Of a stretch of 64,000 nucleotides of DNA, positions 14,471-28,052 are shown piece after piece. The first letter of the stretch is position 1. Each line of letters opens with the position of its first letter. The notes below the pieces were generated by a model, which worked only from the letters and a program-made list of their open reading frames with translations, did no database searches and was not told the origin of the DNA. The stretch covers positions 8,238,579 to 8,302,578 of the forward strand of contig JBNZDD010013718.1 of the NCBI GenBank assembly GCA_050575255.1, given 5' to 3'. The position numbers were made by a program, and so were the translations under genes. Origin of the DNA: Harriotta raleighana. Its lineage: Eukaryota.

Positions 14471-17392
14471 GAGTGAAGTGATATTCATGCTGTGTGTAAA
14501 AGTAGGGAATTAGGAGAAGAGATTGAATGGGGAGTTTATTACCAGATTGGCAATACTGCTATATTTAGCACTTCACAAAATCTCTACAAAGAGGATTGTT
14601 GGAATGTGGAATTAGTCACCAAAAGTGGCTTTTGAGGTTGAATCAAAAGAATGGTTTCAAACCAAACTGGCCTCGTATCTGAGACATGAAATAAAATATG
14701 ATTTTTTTTGTGGGGTCAGGCGGGTGACTGACACATGCGGAAACTGATTACTATGCATAAGAGTATCCAAACCAAACAGAGTTCCGTGCATCTCACTTAC
14801 ACATGGAAATCCCAGGGATATTTATTGGAATGGAATGAGCACTCCCTCCCTGGAGGGACGCAACCTGCTTGCCTAATTTGGAAAGTATTAGGCACAGGTT
14901 GGCAAGAACTGAGGCTTGGGGACCCCAGAGTGTGCGTTGGGTCACTGCTAGAGTCTAAAAGGCTAAAACAACATAACTTGCTTGCCATTGAGGAAACTAC
15001 CAGGAAAGCTTTCATGCTGCTTGTCCAGCTAGCAAATAATTCATCCTTAAAAGCAATCAATACTAAACACTGTTCCTTCGAGGACTTCGCTCCAATGCCA
15101 TTTTGCTCGAATGTTTACTGTTCGCAATGACAAGGAGATTTGAACAGTAGCTATGTTCACACATTGCCAGACTCCCTAATCCTGCGGTAATGCCATTTGG
15201 ATACAATCATAGGATATTACAGTCAGAAAAATGCCCCGGTGCTATTCTTTTTCCGAGTTGGGACGCCTTCCCGATGTGAAAGGCACTATACAAATGTAAT
15301 TTTGTTGTTGTTGTCATTTCCTAATCTAGTTACAATCTCCTGCTCACTCTCAGATTTCTTTATCAAGCATTTTCAAAATCCAGGCTGAATCACTCCATTA
15401 ACCATCTCTTCTGAAAAAAACACAATAGGTGAGAAGTGATGGGAGTGATGCCAAGCTTGTGCTGTATAAGCTTATAGATAGCAGTGATCACAAGAGAGGT
15501 TCAGGTGAAGAAAGTACTTCAGCTCATTTGATCTCATCCTAGCACCAACCCCGCCAACCTCCTGTTAAAACATTATTCAGCTTTTTATATGGGTCCAGAT
15601 GTCTGGCTTCAGCCACCCCTGCCTCGAATACTCATCAATGCCATAAATCCTCCAGGTAAACTGGCCATCCACTTCATGCCTGGTTATAAACTGATTGCTG
15701 CATTTGACTACAAATACTGTACACAGTCACTACTATACTTAACAAGTATAGTATAATTAACTGCCAAGGATTTGGAGAGGTTACAAGACTAAAAAGTGCT
15801 ACAATCAATTGTATGGATTACGGACGGCTGCGATCTCAGCTGCCGAGGACTGGCAATGGCAGCCATGCCCTTGAGCAACAGCTGCACAGAGCAAGCTGAC
15901 ACTCCATATTGTGTGACCTGCTATCTCTCTTGCCGGGATGCTTCCCATTTGGATTGATTTATCCACTGGATAAATTGCCTCAGCTGTACAGTCTAATCCC
16001 GAGACTCAGGGAACATCATCTTCTGCCTTTTCAATTCTCCGCCTTTTCAATCAAGATTGCACAGAGCTCAGCAAAGCGAGGTGGGAGCGTGCACCCAGTC
16101 GCGTGCATTCTTGTGCACACACAGACACACCACACACACACACCAGCATCACTCAACCTTTAATCAATATTTCATTTAGTTGAAAAAGACAGTGCCCGAG
16201 TGACGATTCTAAAATTGTAAAACAGTTCACTCAATATAGTAGTAAACCTTCAGAGACTTTCTCAATGTTAATTTTTCCATTAGACATTTGTCTCATTGCA
16301 TATCAACCTAACCCCCCACCCCCAACCTCCCAGTCTATTCATAGACTTTAATTGAATCTATATTTTATTTATTGTGTCATTTATTACTGATTAACAAGTC
16401 TGTTAATACTATATAAATGGGGATTACTTGCAGCCCCTCCTGCACTGAAGAAGCAGGATGTGCGATATTTAATACTCTCATAACTCATGTTAATGCAATG
16501 ACATTGCATGTTTTTTCTGTAAGATTTCTGTGGTCTCCTGAGCTTCAGTGTATTTCCAGGTCTCTTACCATATCTCCACTATAACCAGCACTGCTGTTGA
16601 AAGTATACTGGCACACATCCTCTGCTATAAGTGGTCCTGGAAAATGTCACCGAGACGCAACTGAAATCAATTCTCTGAGTTACGAACTGTTTAAACTTAT
16701 GAAAATATTGAATAAGGTGGACATAAATAGGCTGTTTCCATTTGTTGGGAAGTTATAAAGGAATAAAAGCATACAATACAACATTACATTTGTTTGGCAC
16801 CTTTCAGGTCTGGAGTACGTCCTGCAAGTAAATGGTTTCTCTCAGATCCGAAAGGGAGTTTAGGAGGGGCTTTTTTTTAATGACTGGGGTGACAACAAAA
16901 TCATTTTTGGGTGAGGGAAAGTGAGAGGAAACCTACAATATCTCAACCCTCAGATTCCTTCAACCACAAATCAAACTGCTATTACTTGGATGGATGGATA
17001 TTGGAAGCACAGGCCAGAATCTGAGGCCAGATTACACCAAACTTTGAGTGGTTTCCAAGTCAATTAAGTCATAATATTGAGGATGAGCAACGTAATCATG
17101 ACTTCTTTGCACTTTAAACACAATTCCAATTCCGGATATATTAATAAAACCTGTGTTTAACCTCGTCTCCTGAAAAAATAATAAATGTCAAAGTGATAAT
17201 GACGTTTTTCATCTCGGAAAAGCATAATTTTCACAGAAGCCTTTTGTTTATAAATGGTAAAATCTGTTCCTTTCCGTTTCCTATTAAAACCTATCATAAG
17301 TGAATTCACTTCCATTGCAGAGTGAATTCACTTTCACTTCCAGTCGTATATTTACTTTATAAACAAATCATCTCCTAAATCGTAACTCCACT

Positions 17393-17614
17393 GTTCTCTA
17401 ACCACTGAACTACTGGTGTGGGGTAAGAACAGGGTTGGGTTCAGTTGCTTCCCCACCCCCATCTTCATTCACCAAGTGGAATCCCTTGCAGACACTCAAA
17501 GTAAAGGCTCATACAGTAACAATCCTTGTATTTGATACAGTGCCTTATCAAATCGTCAGGACGTCTCAAGCACTTTGAAGACTATATTGGAAAGTGGAGT
17601 GACTGTGTATTTGT
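17393..17614 (-). repeat. Left arm of ~220-bp inverted duplication (partner 20274-20483)
   Basis: The reverse complement of 20274-20483 aligns along its whole length with scattered substitutions and one small indel, including non-SINE spacer. Confidence 0.85.
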
Positions 17615-18180
17615 CACTTCGTGGCATTCAATCATGAGAAATTCCATTTAATAATCTAACATGTGGTCGGATTTCAGTTAGTAAAGCAAGAGTCACGTTA
17701 CCAAAATAAAATTCAAACCCTCCTGCAGAACATTTATTTGGATAATCTATTGTAGGATTAGAACTATAATCTAAGTGAATAAACGCTGTTAGCACTATAA
17801 ACACTGCGAATAACCCAGTGTGAAAAGAGCAAGTTCAATTATTGCTGGGGACAGGATCTCACCTCATAAATCCATGAGCAGACGACTAGATGGGGATGGA
17901 TAAAACAATATTTCATCCTTTAATGAGTAAATTCTCTGGCCTTCATTTCATCGGGACAAGAGGGAGAGATTGAGTGCTCTGATTCCTGGCTGAGATTCAG
18001 AAGCAGCAGTGGAAGAGATGGCCCTGATACAAATGTAATCTCTTGTACTGGATATTATTTTTATTGGTAGATCTTGTAGTTATTAGCATTCACACATGGG
18101 ATTAATGTTAAGCATAATGACAATTATCCCTTTTCCAATAGAACCATGGGATTGCTAACGCCTACTTGGAAAGCCAGATA

Positions 18181-18545
18181 GAGTAAAACCTCTTTCATCT
18201 GTGACCCAATCAACCGGATTGCTCGACCCCCATTCCAGAATCGCGAGTTTGCTCACTTTGCGCATGCATGCAATGTGTGCGCATGCGCACTTAGTAAACT
18301 TCCGAACTTCGGTTTTTTAACCGATCGGTAAAAAATGCTGTTTTACTGAGTTTTTCCCAACTTTACTAGAATGCTTTATTGGTAAATATCCATACAATAT
18401 TCTGTTACTATGTAGTGTATTATTAATTATGTTTTAAAATAAGTTAATTTTTTCTGTCGGGTTTTCGGCAACTTGTCCCCCATTTATCCGGTACAGTCAA
18501 TTAGTCGACCCCCACCGAGCGGGCCAGATAAACAAGGTTTTAGTG
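18181..18545. mobile_element. Non-autonomous Tc1/mariner (Tigger/pogo-like) DNA transposon, MITE
   Basis: TA|GAGTAAAACCTCTTTCATCTG ... CAGATAAACAAGGTTTTAGTG|TA: ~21-bp imperfect TIRs resembling CAGTAAAACCTC, TA on both sides, CpG-rich interior, no ORF. Confidence 0.8.
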
Positions 18546-19379
18546 TATTACCTCAAGCCACTGCCTTACCAGAACAACTCCACTTCTAACAAAGCTATAG
18601 CTTTTCCCCAATATTGCACTGCAGTATCAATTTAGACTGAACTCCGTACATGGGGTTTGAACTTGCAACCTTTCAATCCAGAGCCCAGAGGTATTGTCAA
18701 CTAAGATAAACCAACAATCCCACCCCTACCCCCCATCTTGTAACATAAAATCTGTGTACACAAAATGCGTCTCCGACACTTAGTCAACTAACTGGAAAGA
18801 CTTAAAAAGAGATACCCTGTCACAAACTCCCTTTCAATATCCCTCATGCCAAACTCAAAAGAAAAATACTTTGAAGGGCATCTTCACTACAGTCATTGAA
18901 AGCTAAAATGCTGGTTGCACTTAAAAATGTCTAAGGAGTTGGATCCAGCCTGGAAAGGAGTCCAGACTACTGTACAGAATAGCGTGGATTTTTCACAGGG
19001 TTTCATCCAGCCTAGATTTGAGTTTCCAGCCGAGCTTGGATTCAGCACAATAGGAACACTGCCAGAGTGTAGCTGCAGACACTGGGCTTCCATCCTGCTC
19101 TTTATGAAGCCTGAACAAATGTTGCCTGAAGCCACTCATGACGATGGAACAGGAGAGATCATTTTTCATCCACCCACCCACACACACATGAATGTATGAA
19201 ATAAAATTCATGGGAATTTATTTTATTATATTCAGAGACACAATGATAACCTCAACTGATCTAAACGCTTGTTTATCATCTTTCTGGTGATAAAGTAGGA
19301 GTGACTCCAACAATGTGTGCACAGCCCAGCAGCTGTAGCTAACTGCAGAATGGAGGATAAACCAAACTCTCATCTTCCA

Positions 19380-19762
19380 ATGGCTCAGGTGGACATTAAA
19401 GATCCCAAAGTGCTATTTGATAAATGGAGTTTTTCCTAGCATCCTGAGCAATGTTCCTCCCTCAGTTGAATTCGTGATCCTTGTCTGTTTGTGGGACACT
19501 GCTGTGCGTGATTTGGCTGCACCCACAAATATACAGTCAATTTTCCTACTCCTTCCCATTATCACGACCCCTCCCCCCCTGCTCTGGTTCCTACCCTTTC
19601 CCCCCTTTCTTCCCCCTTTTTTCTCCCTACCCCAACCCCTCTCCCCCTCCCACCCCCCGCTCTGGTCCCTACTTTGAGACGCTGTCGTATTCTGTAAAGC
19701 GCTTTGGGACGTCGATAAGATGTGGAAAGAGCTATATAAATTAAAGTATTATTATTATTATT
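19380..19762 (+). mobile_element. Deu-domain SINE fragment with C-rich insert and (TTA)n tail
   Basis: gtttgtgggacactgctgtgcgtgatttggctgc core; tail gtaaagcgctttgggacg...gctatataaat...attattattatta. Confidence 0.7.
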
Positions 19763-20273
19763 GTCCTCACATTCCCCAGTGGTCTCTCTTCATATGTGAT
19801 GCAAGCCGTAGTGAGATGGTATTTAAACATGAACAAGCTCCTTTAGGAAAGGTGGAACGACCACCAGAAGGAACTAAAGGTTTCCTGACGTGAGGATTTT
19901 CAAGCCCTTTTGTTTTTCTACTGACTCACAAGGTGGTAAACACAGCCAAAAATGAATATTTTACGAACTTATCATGATTCCTACTGTTTCCAAAATTTAA
20001 TTTATTTTACTGGATTGTGAATGTTGCTTTATCACCAGCCCTGCAAACAGACACACCACCGTGCTTCAGTTCCTTCCTGATTAGCTATTGTTAAAAAGAT
20101 TTCTATTGACGGAGCCAATGAGTCATAGATACAGATATGTGCATTGGTGGAAAACATGCCTTGGTATGTCCAGAACTGGGAAGTTCCGATGGCACCCTCT
20201 GATACTTCACATGAGTTTGTGATTGTTTGTGGGACACTCACTGCTGTATGCAACTAGCTGCTGCATTTAACCC

Positions 20274-20483
20274 ACAAATACACAGTCACTCCACTTTACA
20301 ATATAGTCTTCAAAGTGCTTTGAGATGTCTCAACGACTTGATAAGCGCTGTATCAAATGCAAGGATTTTTACTGTTTGAGCCTTTACTTTGAGTGTCTAC
20401 AAGGTGAATGAAGATGGGGGTGGGGTAGTAACTGAACCCAACCCTGCCCTTATCTCACACCAGCAGCTCAGTGGTTAGAGAAC
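20274..20483 (+). repeat. Right arm of ~220-bp inverted duplication (partner 17393-17614)
   Basis: SINE tail + unique spacer (gagcctttactttgagtgtct...gaagatgggggtgggg...gaacccaaccctg) + start of the next SINE head. Confidence 0.85.
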
Positions 20484-20741
20484 TCACTTTACAAGTGAGA
20501 GACTTCGGTTCAATTCCAGGCAGAGCGAAACCTTGGGCAAATTTCCTTACTTCTTGCGCCTAATAATAAAGCATCAAACAAATAATAAATTGGTCACTTC
20601 AATCCACAACGGTTTGCGGGACATTGCTGTGTGCAATTGACTGCAGTGTTTCGCCCACGTATACTTTGCAGTATATTCTGTGAAGCGCTTTTAGACGTCT
20701 AGAAGATGTGAAAAGCTCTGTATCAAATGCAAGGATTATTA
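20464..20741 (+). mobile_element. tRNA-derived DeuSINE copy (duplicated in part at 21635-21881)
   Basis: Head gctcagtggttagag...ggttcaattcc (A/B boxes), Deu core, tail tgtgaagcgctt...tatcaaatgcaaggattatt. Confidence 0.85.
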
Positions 20742-22773
20742 CCTACATTCCTCCTGGGATCGTCAGGCTGTACACTGAGGAATCAATAACTGAATCTGAT
20801 TACTAGGAAGCGTGGATACAGCTTTGACAATGGAATTAATTTATGAAACACGTGAAAGGCTCTACACATGCAATTTGTTGTTGTTAGATGCTGCAATGGG
20901 GAATATTGCAGCGAAGCTATTCTGGAAGAATGAGATGAATTGTCTTCATCTAAACCTTCACGACCATTGCCACAACTACTACAAGAACAAATTCATTTAT
21001 ATAACATGCTTCCTGTGGAGTAACCTTTCAGGGAACTGACAGAGTCTAGCGTTTGAGGGGAACCATTAGAACTATCATTCCCCTGACAAGAAGGTTAAAT
21101 AACAGAGAGATGCCCAAAGAACTGAATTCACATTCAGTAGCACAGTCACAGTCTCCCTGGACTACAAGGTTAAGAGCTGTAAACATTGTTTATTTTAAAC
21201 AATCAAAAGCCCAATCATTCAAGACCTATCATTCAATTCCATCAATGAAATGTTGATGCATTTTTACCCTTCAAACTATAACCTACCAATGAGTAAAGGC
21301 TATTGACAATGGGAGTAAGTGGGTGGGGAGAAAGGGGGTGGGGAAAGAAGCTATTAATATAATAATAATTCTTGCGTTTGATCTAGTTTTTTCATGTCTT
21401 CTTCCATCTCAAAAGCGCTTCACAGATTATACTGTAAAGTGAATTGGCTGTGGGTGAAACTCGGCAGCCAATTGTGCACAGCAGTGTCCCACAAATAATC
21501 GTGGAGTGAAAATTACCAATTTTTTAATTGTTTATTCTTGAGGGATTATTATTAGGTGTGTGAGGTAAGGAAAGTTGCCCAAGGTTTCACCCTGCCTAGA
21601 ATCAAACCCTGGTCTCTCACTTGTAAGGCGAGTNGTGAGAGACTTCGGTTCAATTCCAGGCAGAGCGAAACCTTGGGCAAATTTCCTTACTTCTTGCGCC
21701 TAATAATAAAGCATCAAACAAATAATAAATTGGTCACTTCAATCCACAACGGTTTGCGGGACATTGCTGTGTGCAATTGACTGCAGTGTTTCGCCCACGT
21801 ATACTTTGCAGTATATTCTGTGAAGCGCTTTTAGACGTCTAGAAGATGTGAAAAGCTCTGTATCAAATGCAAGGATTATTACCTACATTCCTCCTGGGAT
21901 CGTCAGGCTGTACACTGAGGAATCAATAACTGAATCTGATTACTAGGAAGCGTGGATACAGCTTTGACAATGGAATTAATTTATGAAACACGTGAAAGGC
22001 TCTACACATGCAATTTGTTGTTGTTAGATGCTGCAATGGGGAATATTGCAGCGAAGCTATTCTGGAAGAATGAGATGAATTGTCTTCATCTAAACCTTCA
22101 CGACCATTGCCACAACTACTACAAGAACAAATTCATTTATATAACATGCTTCCTGTGGAGTAACCTTTCAGGGAACTGACAGAGTCTAGCGTTTGAGGGG
22201 AACCATTAGAACTATCATTCCCCTGACAAGAAGGTTAAATAACAGAGAGATGCCCAAAGAACTGAATTCACATTCAGTAGCACAGTCACAGTCTCCCTGG
22301 ACTACAAGGTTAAGAGCTGTAAACATTGTTTATTTTAAACAATCAAAAGCCCAATCATTCAAGACCTATCATTCAATTCCATCAATGAAATGTTGATGCA
22401 TTTTTACCCTTCAAACTATAACCTACCAATGAGTAAAGGCTATTGACAATGGGAGTAAGTGGGTGGGGAGAAAGGGGGTGGGGAAAGAAGCTATTAATAT
22501 AATAATAATTCTTGCGTTTGATCTAGTTTTTTCATGTCTTCTTCCATCTCAAAAGCGCTTCACAGATTATACTGTAAAGTGAATTGGCTGTGGGTGAAAC
22601 TCGGCAGCCAATTGTGCACAGCAGTGTCCCACAAATAATCGTGGAGTGAAAATTACCAATTTTTTAATTGTTTATTCTTGAGGGATTATTATTAGGTGTG
22701 TGAGGTAAGGAAAGTTGCCCAAGGTTTCACCCTGCCTAGAATCAAACCCTGGTCTCTCACTTGTAAGGCGAGT
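20495..22773. repeat. 1139-bp direct duplication (20495-21633 = 21635-22773) joined by a single N; probable assembly artefact
   Basis: Offset exactly 1140; no differences seen; identical ORFs at 20812/21952 and 21053/22193; N at 21634. Confidence 0.9.
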
Positions 22774-22798
22774 GCTTTAACCACTGAGCTACAGGATT
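22495..22798 (-). mobile_element. Full-length DeuSINE copy (truncated duplicate at 21355-21633)
   Basis: Minus strand reads tcctgtagctcagtggttaaagcactcgccttacaagtgagagacc...Deu core...tgtgaagcgctttt...caaacgcaagaattattatt. Confidence 0.85.
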
Positions 22799-25700
22799 CA
22801 ATGTCAAGAAAGTTTGAAAGGGGACTGAGAACAGTGAGAAACTGGGTAAAAAAAATTGAAGGCCCTGAAGAGGAAAGTAATGAAGCATTCAACATTGAGA
22901 TAAATGGAACAACGTGCAGTTTTGAAAGATAATTAGAGACCCAGCAGAGAAAATAATTAACAGTTCTAAATTATTTGTGTTTCTCTCACTCAAGACTAAG
23001 CACTGATCAACTGTGACTCAAATCACATAAACAAGAACAAATTGCAAAGGTTATTCCTACCTTCCACAAGGATGAATCGTGCTATGTGGTATTCTAGTCG
23101 AATGAATTTTCAAACAGGTCAATTATTCCATGTTCCTAAAACAGTAAAGATCATAACAAGTGAGTCACTCAGTTTAAAAAAACGTTTTTTTTTTAAGTTT
23201 GGTTGATAAAAGTCACTGCTCCAACATAGCACTGAGTCTCACCCAGTCAGTTACAGGTTAAATCCGGTATCAATTAGATGTCTAAACCACCTGGGATAGT
23301 GGGGGGAAGAAGTGGTCATTGGATAATGATTAGAGCCTTCGGCTGAATTATCCCTTCCATAGCCTAAAGGCATTGAAGCCAACTGCAGCACCAGCTGAAA
23401 ATAGTTAAGAGGATAGTTAGGCTAGAGATTGAAGGCAGGCCATTCTGGTCTGTATGGCTCTGTCCTGCACCAGATTGGTCCATCAGGGATATGCAACATA
23501 GATTTGTTTTAATATTTTATTTTTCCTTTCACAACAGGATCTATGACACAGTGATCGCTGAAACTAGCAACCATTTTGTTATTTCAACAGCATTTTCTCA
23601 TTATCAATAAGAAACTAATAGATTGCTAATTTTTATAATTGTTGAAGGATGGATCTCTTGGGTCAGATATAGTATCAATAGGCACCCACTCCTTTGCCAG
23701 ACGAACACTGCTTTAAAATGTTTAGCAGGAAGTGAAGGTAGATAATATTCTACATAAACTAAAACAGATTAGATTTCCTCTTCTCCACCTCCTCCCCCAA
23801 TCCCCATTTTACTACCCAAAAAGTCCCCAAGGCACTGACAATAGATCTGAGTAAATGTATTAGGAGAAAGGAGATGGATACTCAGATGTATTGAACCTGA
23901 TAGGAATATAGAACAGCTGCCTGCCTCTGGTGTCAGGTCACGGCTGCATTCACCTCAGATGAGAAGATAAAAAGGATCAGCAGGAGAGTAACCTTTAATA
24001 GTGTAACGTCTTGTTCTCTTACCTCAAATGGGATTGATCGACTTTGAAAGACAACATACAGCCGGTCAACACACATTCACCGAATGCTATCTATGTAGAG
24101 CCTCAGTCACTATGCCCCATCCTGTGAACCCACTCCCAAATTTTGTTGCCTTATTAATGCATTCTTGCCTTCCTTTCAAAATGCTTTTAAAATGTCAAAT
24201 GTAGGGTGAAAGGAGTTCAAAATCCAGGGAGGACAAAATAGTTGATACGAGGAATTTGGGGAATTTGGATTGGAATCTGACATATAAATTGTGAGACTGC
24301 TTCACAAAGTCTGATCTTCTTGGACATGAGGGCCAGGTGCAATACAGAAGCATTTTTTGGTGAAGTTTGTTCTTTGAAGTTTCTCTTGTTTCAAGAGAAG
24401 TGGGATATGCATGTGTTTCAATCCAGCTCTCCCAGTCAGGTTACAGCATAGCTAAGATATACAAAGCTAAGCAAAGTTTCCTCTACATGGCCCCACCAAT
24501 ATGCTTCAAGTGCAATCTTAGATGAACACATCCATGATGTTCCAATATTTCACACACCATTCACTCTGTATAATTGACAATTTAGTATCAAACATGGGTA
24601 CTGTAAACACATGGCTCGCTGAGCTCATTTCACAGAAGATCGTTACAACAAACAGAGGTATCTTTCACGGAATTAGTCTCCTTTGGATTTTAATTAAGGT
24701 TCCAGGCAGTATTTCTTCTTTAAACGGTAATAAAATAAGTTTTGTACAATTTCACCCACACTAAGAATATTGAAAACGAACTTCCATCATTTGTTCTTTT
24801 GAAATAGATGCAAAACCAAGTCCAGGATCCCTAAATTGCCCAATTCAAGGGAGTTTATTCAGAATTCAAGTCGAACTCAAGGAAATCATTTATCTGCTTG
24901 ATGAGACAAGAAGCTGCCATCAATAGACAGGATGAGGATGTGAAGATACTGGAGCCCAGACAGCTAATAGTGGTCCCTCAGTTTCTGTTCAAGAGATAGG
25001 AATTCCACCCAATGTCAGTCTTCAGACCCAGTGCTAAAGCCATTTCCCCATTAGTTACACTGTCTGGAAGGAGATAAATATTTCTGGAAACTGTGTGCAA
25101 GATGTGCAATAGCTCAGAAACAACAATGCTCAGAATCATTCAATAGGTGAAGCTCAGTCTCTCCTGCATCCAATTTAATTCCAATATTCTCTGGGGTTTT
25201 CACAATAAATTGTCCACATTAAAATATTTTTCATAGTTTTCTGTTCTATTTTTATATCTGCTTTGTATCTGACCATCGGCTCCCTCATTCCTTCCCTATT
25301 GGAAACGCCTGGGTTTCAATAGCATCAAAAAACAGTGAGAAATGAATTTTGAAATGGGTTTTAAGATGAGGAAAAGAAGGCTCATGGAAAAGAGGTTATG
25401 GTAGGTGGTTCCAGAGAGTGAGAGCAAAGAGTTTAAGACCTAGCCATTAATTGTGGGTGGAGTGGTATGCCAGAGAGGGAACAGAGGTGGGCCCAGTTTA
25501 GGAGAATAATGCTAGAGGAGATTGTAAAGATAGAGAGAGGCACAATGGTGAAGATATTTTAAAGGAACGCTAAGAAAGGAAAGAAAGAGTCAAGACAGGA
25601 ACTTGTTCTTGATCACTTTCCAATAACAATCATCTCTCTGGCAATACCACACACCAGAGGCCACTGCATTGCCCGACTGTGTATCAAACAGCCTAAAAGC

Positions 25701-26263
25701 TTTCCTCAATTTTGTTAATTTATCCCAAGGGTACAATAGATGACACATGCTGCAATTGAGGACTGGAGTGGTGAATGTCTCCCCGAGGTGGGCTTTCTGT
25801 TAATACAACACTCTGTCATTCTGTAACAAGCAGAGCAATATTTTATCAGAGGAGCTCCCTAGTGTGAGGATTACCATACATATTTTAGTCTGGTCTCAAA
25901 CATTGACATTGCTGCAATCAGTGGTACTAGATATGGATGGGGTGGGGGGGAGGGAGATGAACATCTGTAGGTTCAACACAAAATATGTTTAGGTCCAGTA
26001 CCATGTCTGTGCAAATATTACATTGATCGTGTTTTATTAACCCCTGCACTGTAAGTTCACAGTTGTCATTGTGCCCACTTACAAATAATAGATCAATGAA
26101 CACAGTGACTGTGTGGATGAGTAACTGACAAATTTTAAAAGATCATTAAAAACAATGTTATATTTAACTTACCCGCTAAATTATTCCCTCCTATTTTTCA
26201 TGTGCTAAACTGATGCCGCTCTCAATTACCCCGCTCCGGGGTGTTTGTGTGTGTGTGTACTGT

Positions 26264-26546
26264 GGAGTCCTGAAGCTCAGTGGTTAGAGCACTGACCTTG
26301 CAAGTACGAGACCGGGTTCAATTCCAGGTAGGGTGAAATCTTGCTCAAGTTTCCTTACTCCACACGCCTAATAATAATCTATCAAAAAAACAATAATCCT
26401 CAATTGTTTGTGAGGCACTGCTGTGCGCAATTGGCTACCAAGTTTCGCCCACATATATACTGTCACTTCACTTTACAGTATATTTTGTGAAGCACTTTGA
26501 GACATTTAGAATATGTGATAGGTGCTATATCACATGCAAGGATTAT
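26264..26546 (+). mobile_element. Full-length tRNA-derived DeuSINE
   Basis: ggagtcctgaagctcagtggttagagc...gggttcaattcc head, ctgctgtgcgcaattggct core, gtgaagcactttgagac...gctatatcacatgcaaggattat tail. Confidence 0.9.
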
Positions 26547-27839
26547 GAATATTGTTACTATTGTTGGGGTAGGCTGGGGGGATGGGGGAGAGGCAGAGGA
26601 GAATATCTAGCGACAATTGAGCACAGGTTCAGACTCAGCTCTACTGCTTTCCATTTCCCCCCCACACACCCACCATCATTATCTCAGTCACACATGAAGA
26701 ACAGCATCTTGGATGAACTGGAGCTCGGCATGTTAGCAGAGGGAGGGAGATAATTGGAAGGGAATAAAATCAATGGCAAGTAGGGCCTGAAAATACAGCA
26801 TTTAAAAACCAAATGTAGCTGGGCTAATCTCTTTGTAAACAAAGAGGTTTTCCAATGTAATTTGCTGACTAAAAATATGAGAAAAGTATTTTTTAGGAAG
26901 GCCAGTGATGGCAGTCTTGTGACGGTTATTTTACTTTCTGACCTTCTGTCAGACTTGAAACAAAAAGTCAGTTGCAATCGCAAATTCCTGTTTTGCAAAT
27001 ATTGCATTTACAATCCCGTAAACAAATACAAATACAATGCTGGCTGCGGAGACTGTGTTCTCACTATCGCGAAAGTAAACAGAATACAAGGACTATACTT
27101 CCCTCTATTGGTTTGCTCTACAATAGCACTGTACAGATTTGCTTCAAGTACAGAGCTGTGCCTATGCTACAAGTCTCTCTGTTCATTTTAATTCACAGCT
27201 ACATCCCCACATTTGGAGAAACACAAGCTACGTTTTGGAAAGAAAGGAGTCAATATCAACTTGAGCGGACAGAAAATTTAATACATTTCCATTGCACTTT
27301 TATGTTGAAATGTAGCAAGGTTCTTCACAATTACAGTACTGTTAAGTCTAGCGTTTCTTTTTCGTTTATATAACAAAATAACAAAAATTCCACAACAACA
27401 ATGAGGTGAATGAGCAATTTTTCTGAAAGAGTATTGCCCTGAAAACCAAAATAAAATCCTTTCTTTTCTCAGATAGTATTATGCAAATGTTTAATCCTTA
27501 CCCAAAAGTGCAGAGCGTTATAACGTCTCATCTGGAGGACAGCATCTCTCATACTGTACCCCCAGTGCTGCGCTGGAGTGTCAAACTAGACTGTGAGCTA
27601 CAGTAAATTAATAATAATCCTTGCTTTTGATATAGCGCTTTTCACATCTTATCAACGTCCCAAAGTGCTTCACAGAATATACTGTAAAGTGAATTGACTG
27701 TATATTTGTGGGCGGAACGCATGGAACCAAGAGCCTAATGGTCCAGAAGTGAGTGCTGCTGATTGAGTCAAGCTAATCACTCAGTCTAAAAATCATTGTT
27801 TGAAAGTGTAGCCGAGTGTGTGCAGCTCTGATGCTCTCT

Positions 27840-28052
27840 GTCACTGAACTCCCTTCCTCACTCCCTTCGCCTCATCCCGTCTCTTCCTAGTTTCAGGTCT
27901 CAGCTGAAGACCTTTCTTTTCGACCGCGCCTTCGGTCACCTTTCTCACCCCGCCCCCCCCCCACCCCAGCTCAGGCCCGGGATCCGTTAGTGTGAAGTGC
28001 TCTGAGACACCATCCGGCGTGGAGGGCACTATAAAAATTGAAGTTGTTGTTG
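27840..28052 (+). mobile_element. L2 LINE 3' end / L2-tailed element
   Basis: Pyrimidine-rich body then gtgtgaagtgctctgagacac...ggagggcactataaaaattgaagttgttgttg; a similar copy lies at 54280-54578. Confidence 0.7.

Noticed and set aside
26264-26335. tRNA-like sequences (also near 20464, 22740-22798, 56870-56946, 57280-57344)
   Set aside because: They are SINE heads: A/B boxes run straight into Deu core and L2 tail, with no proper cloverleaf.
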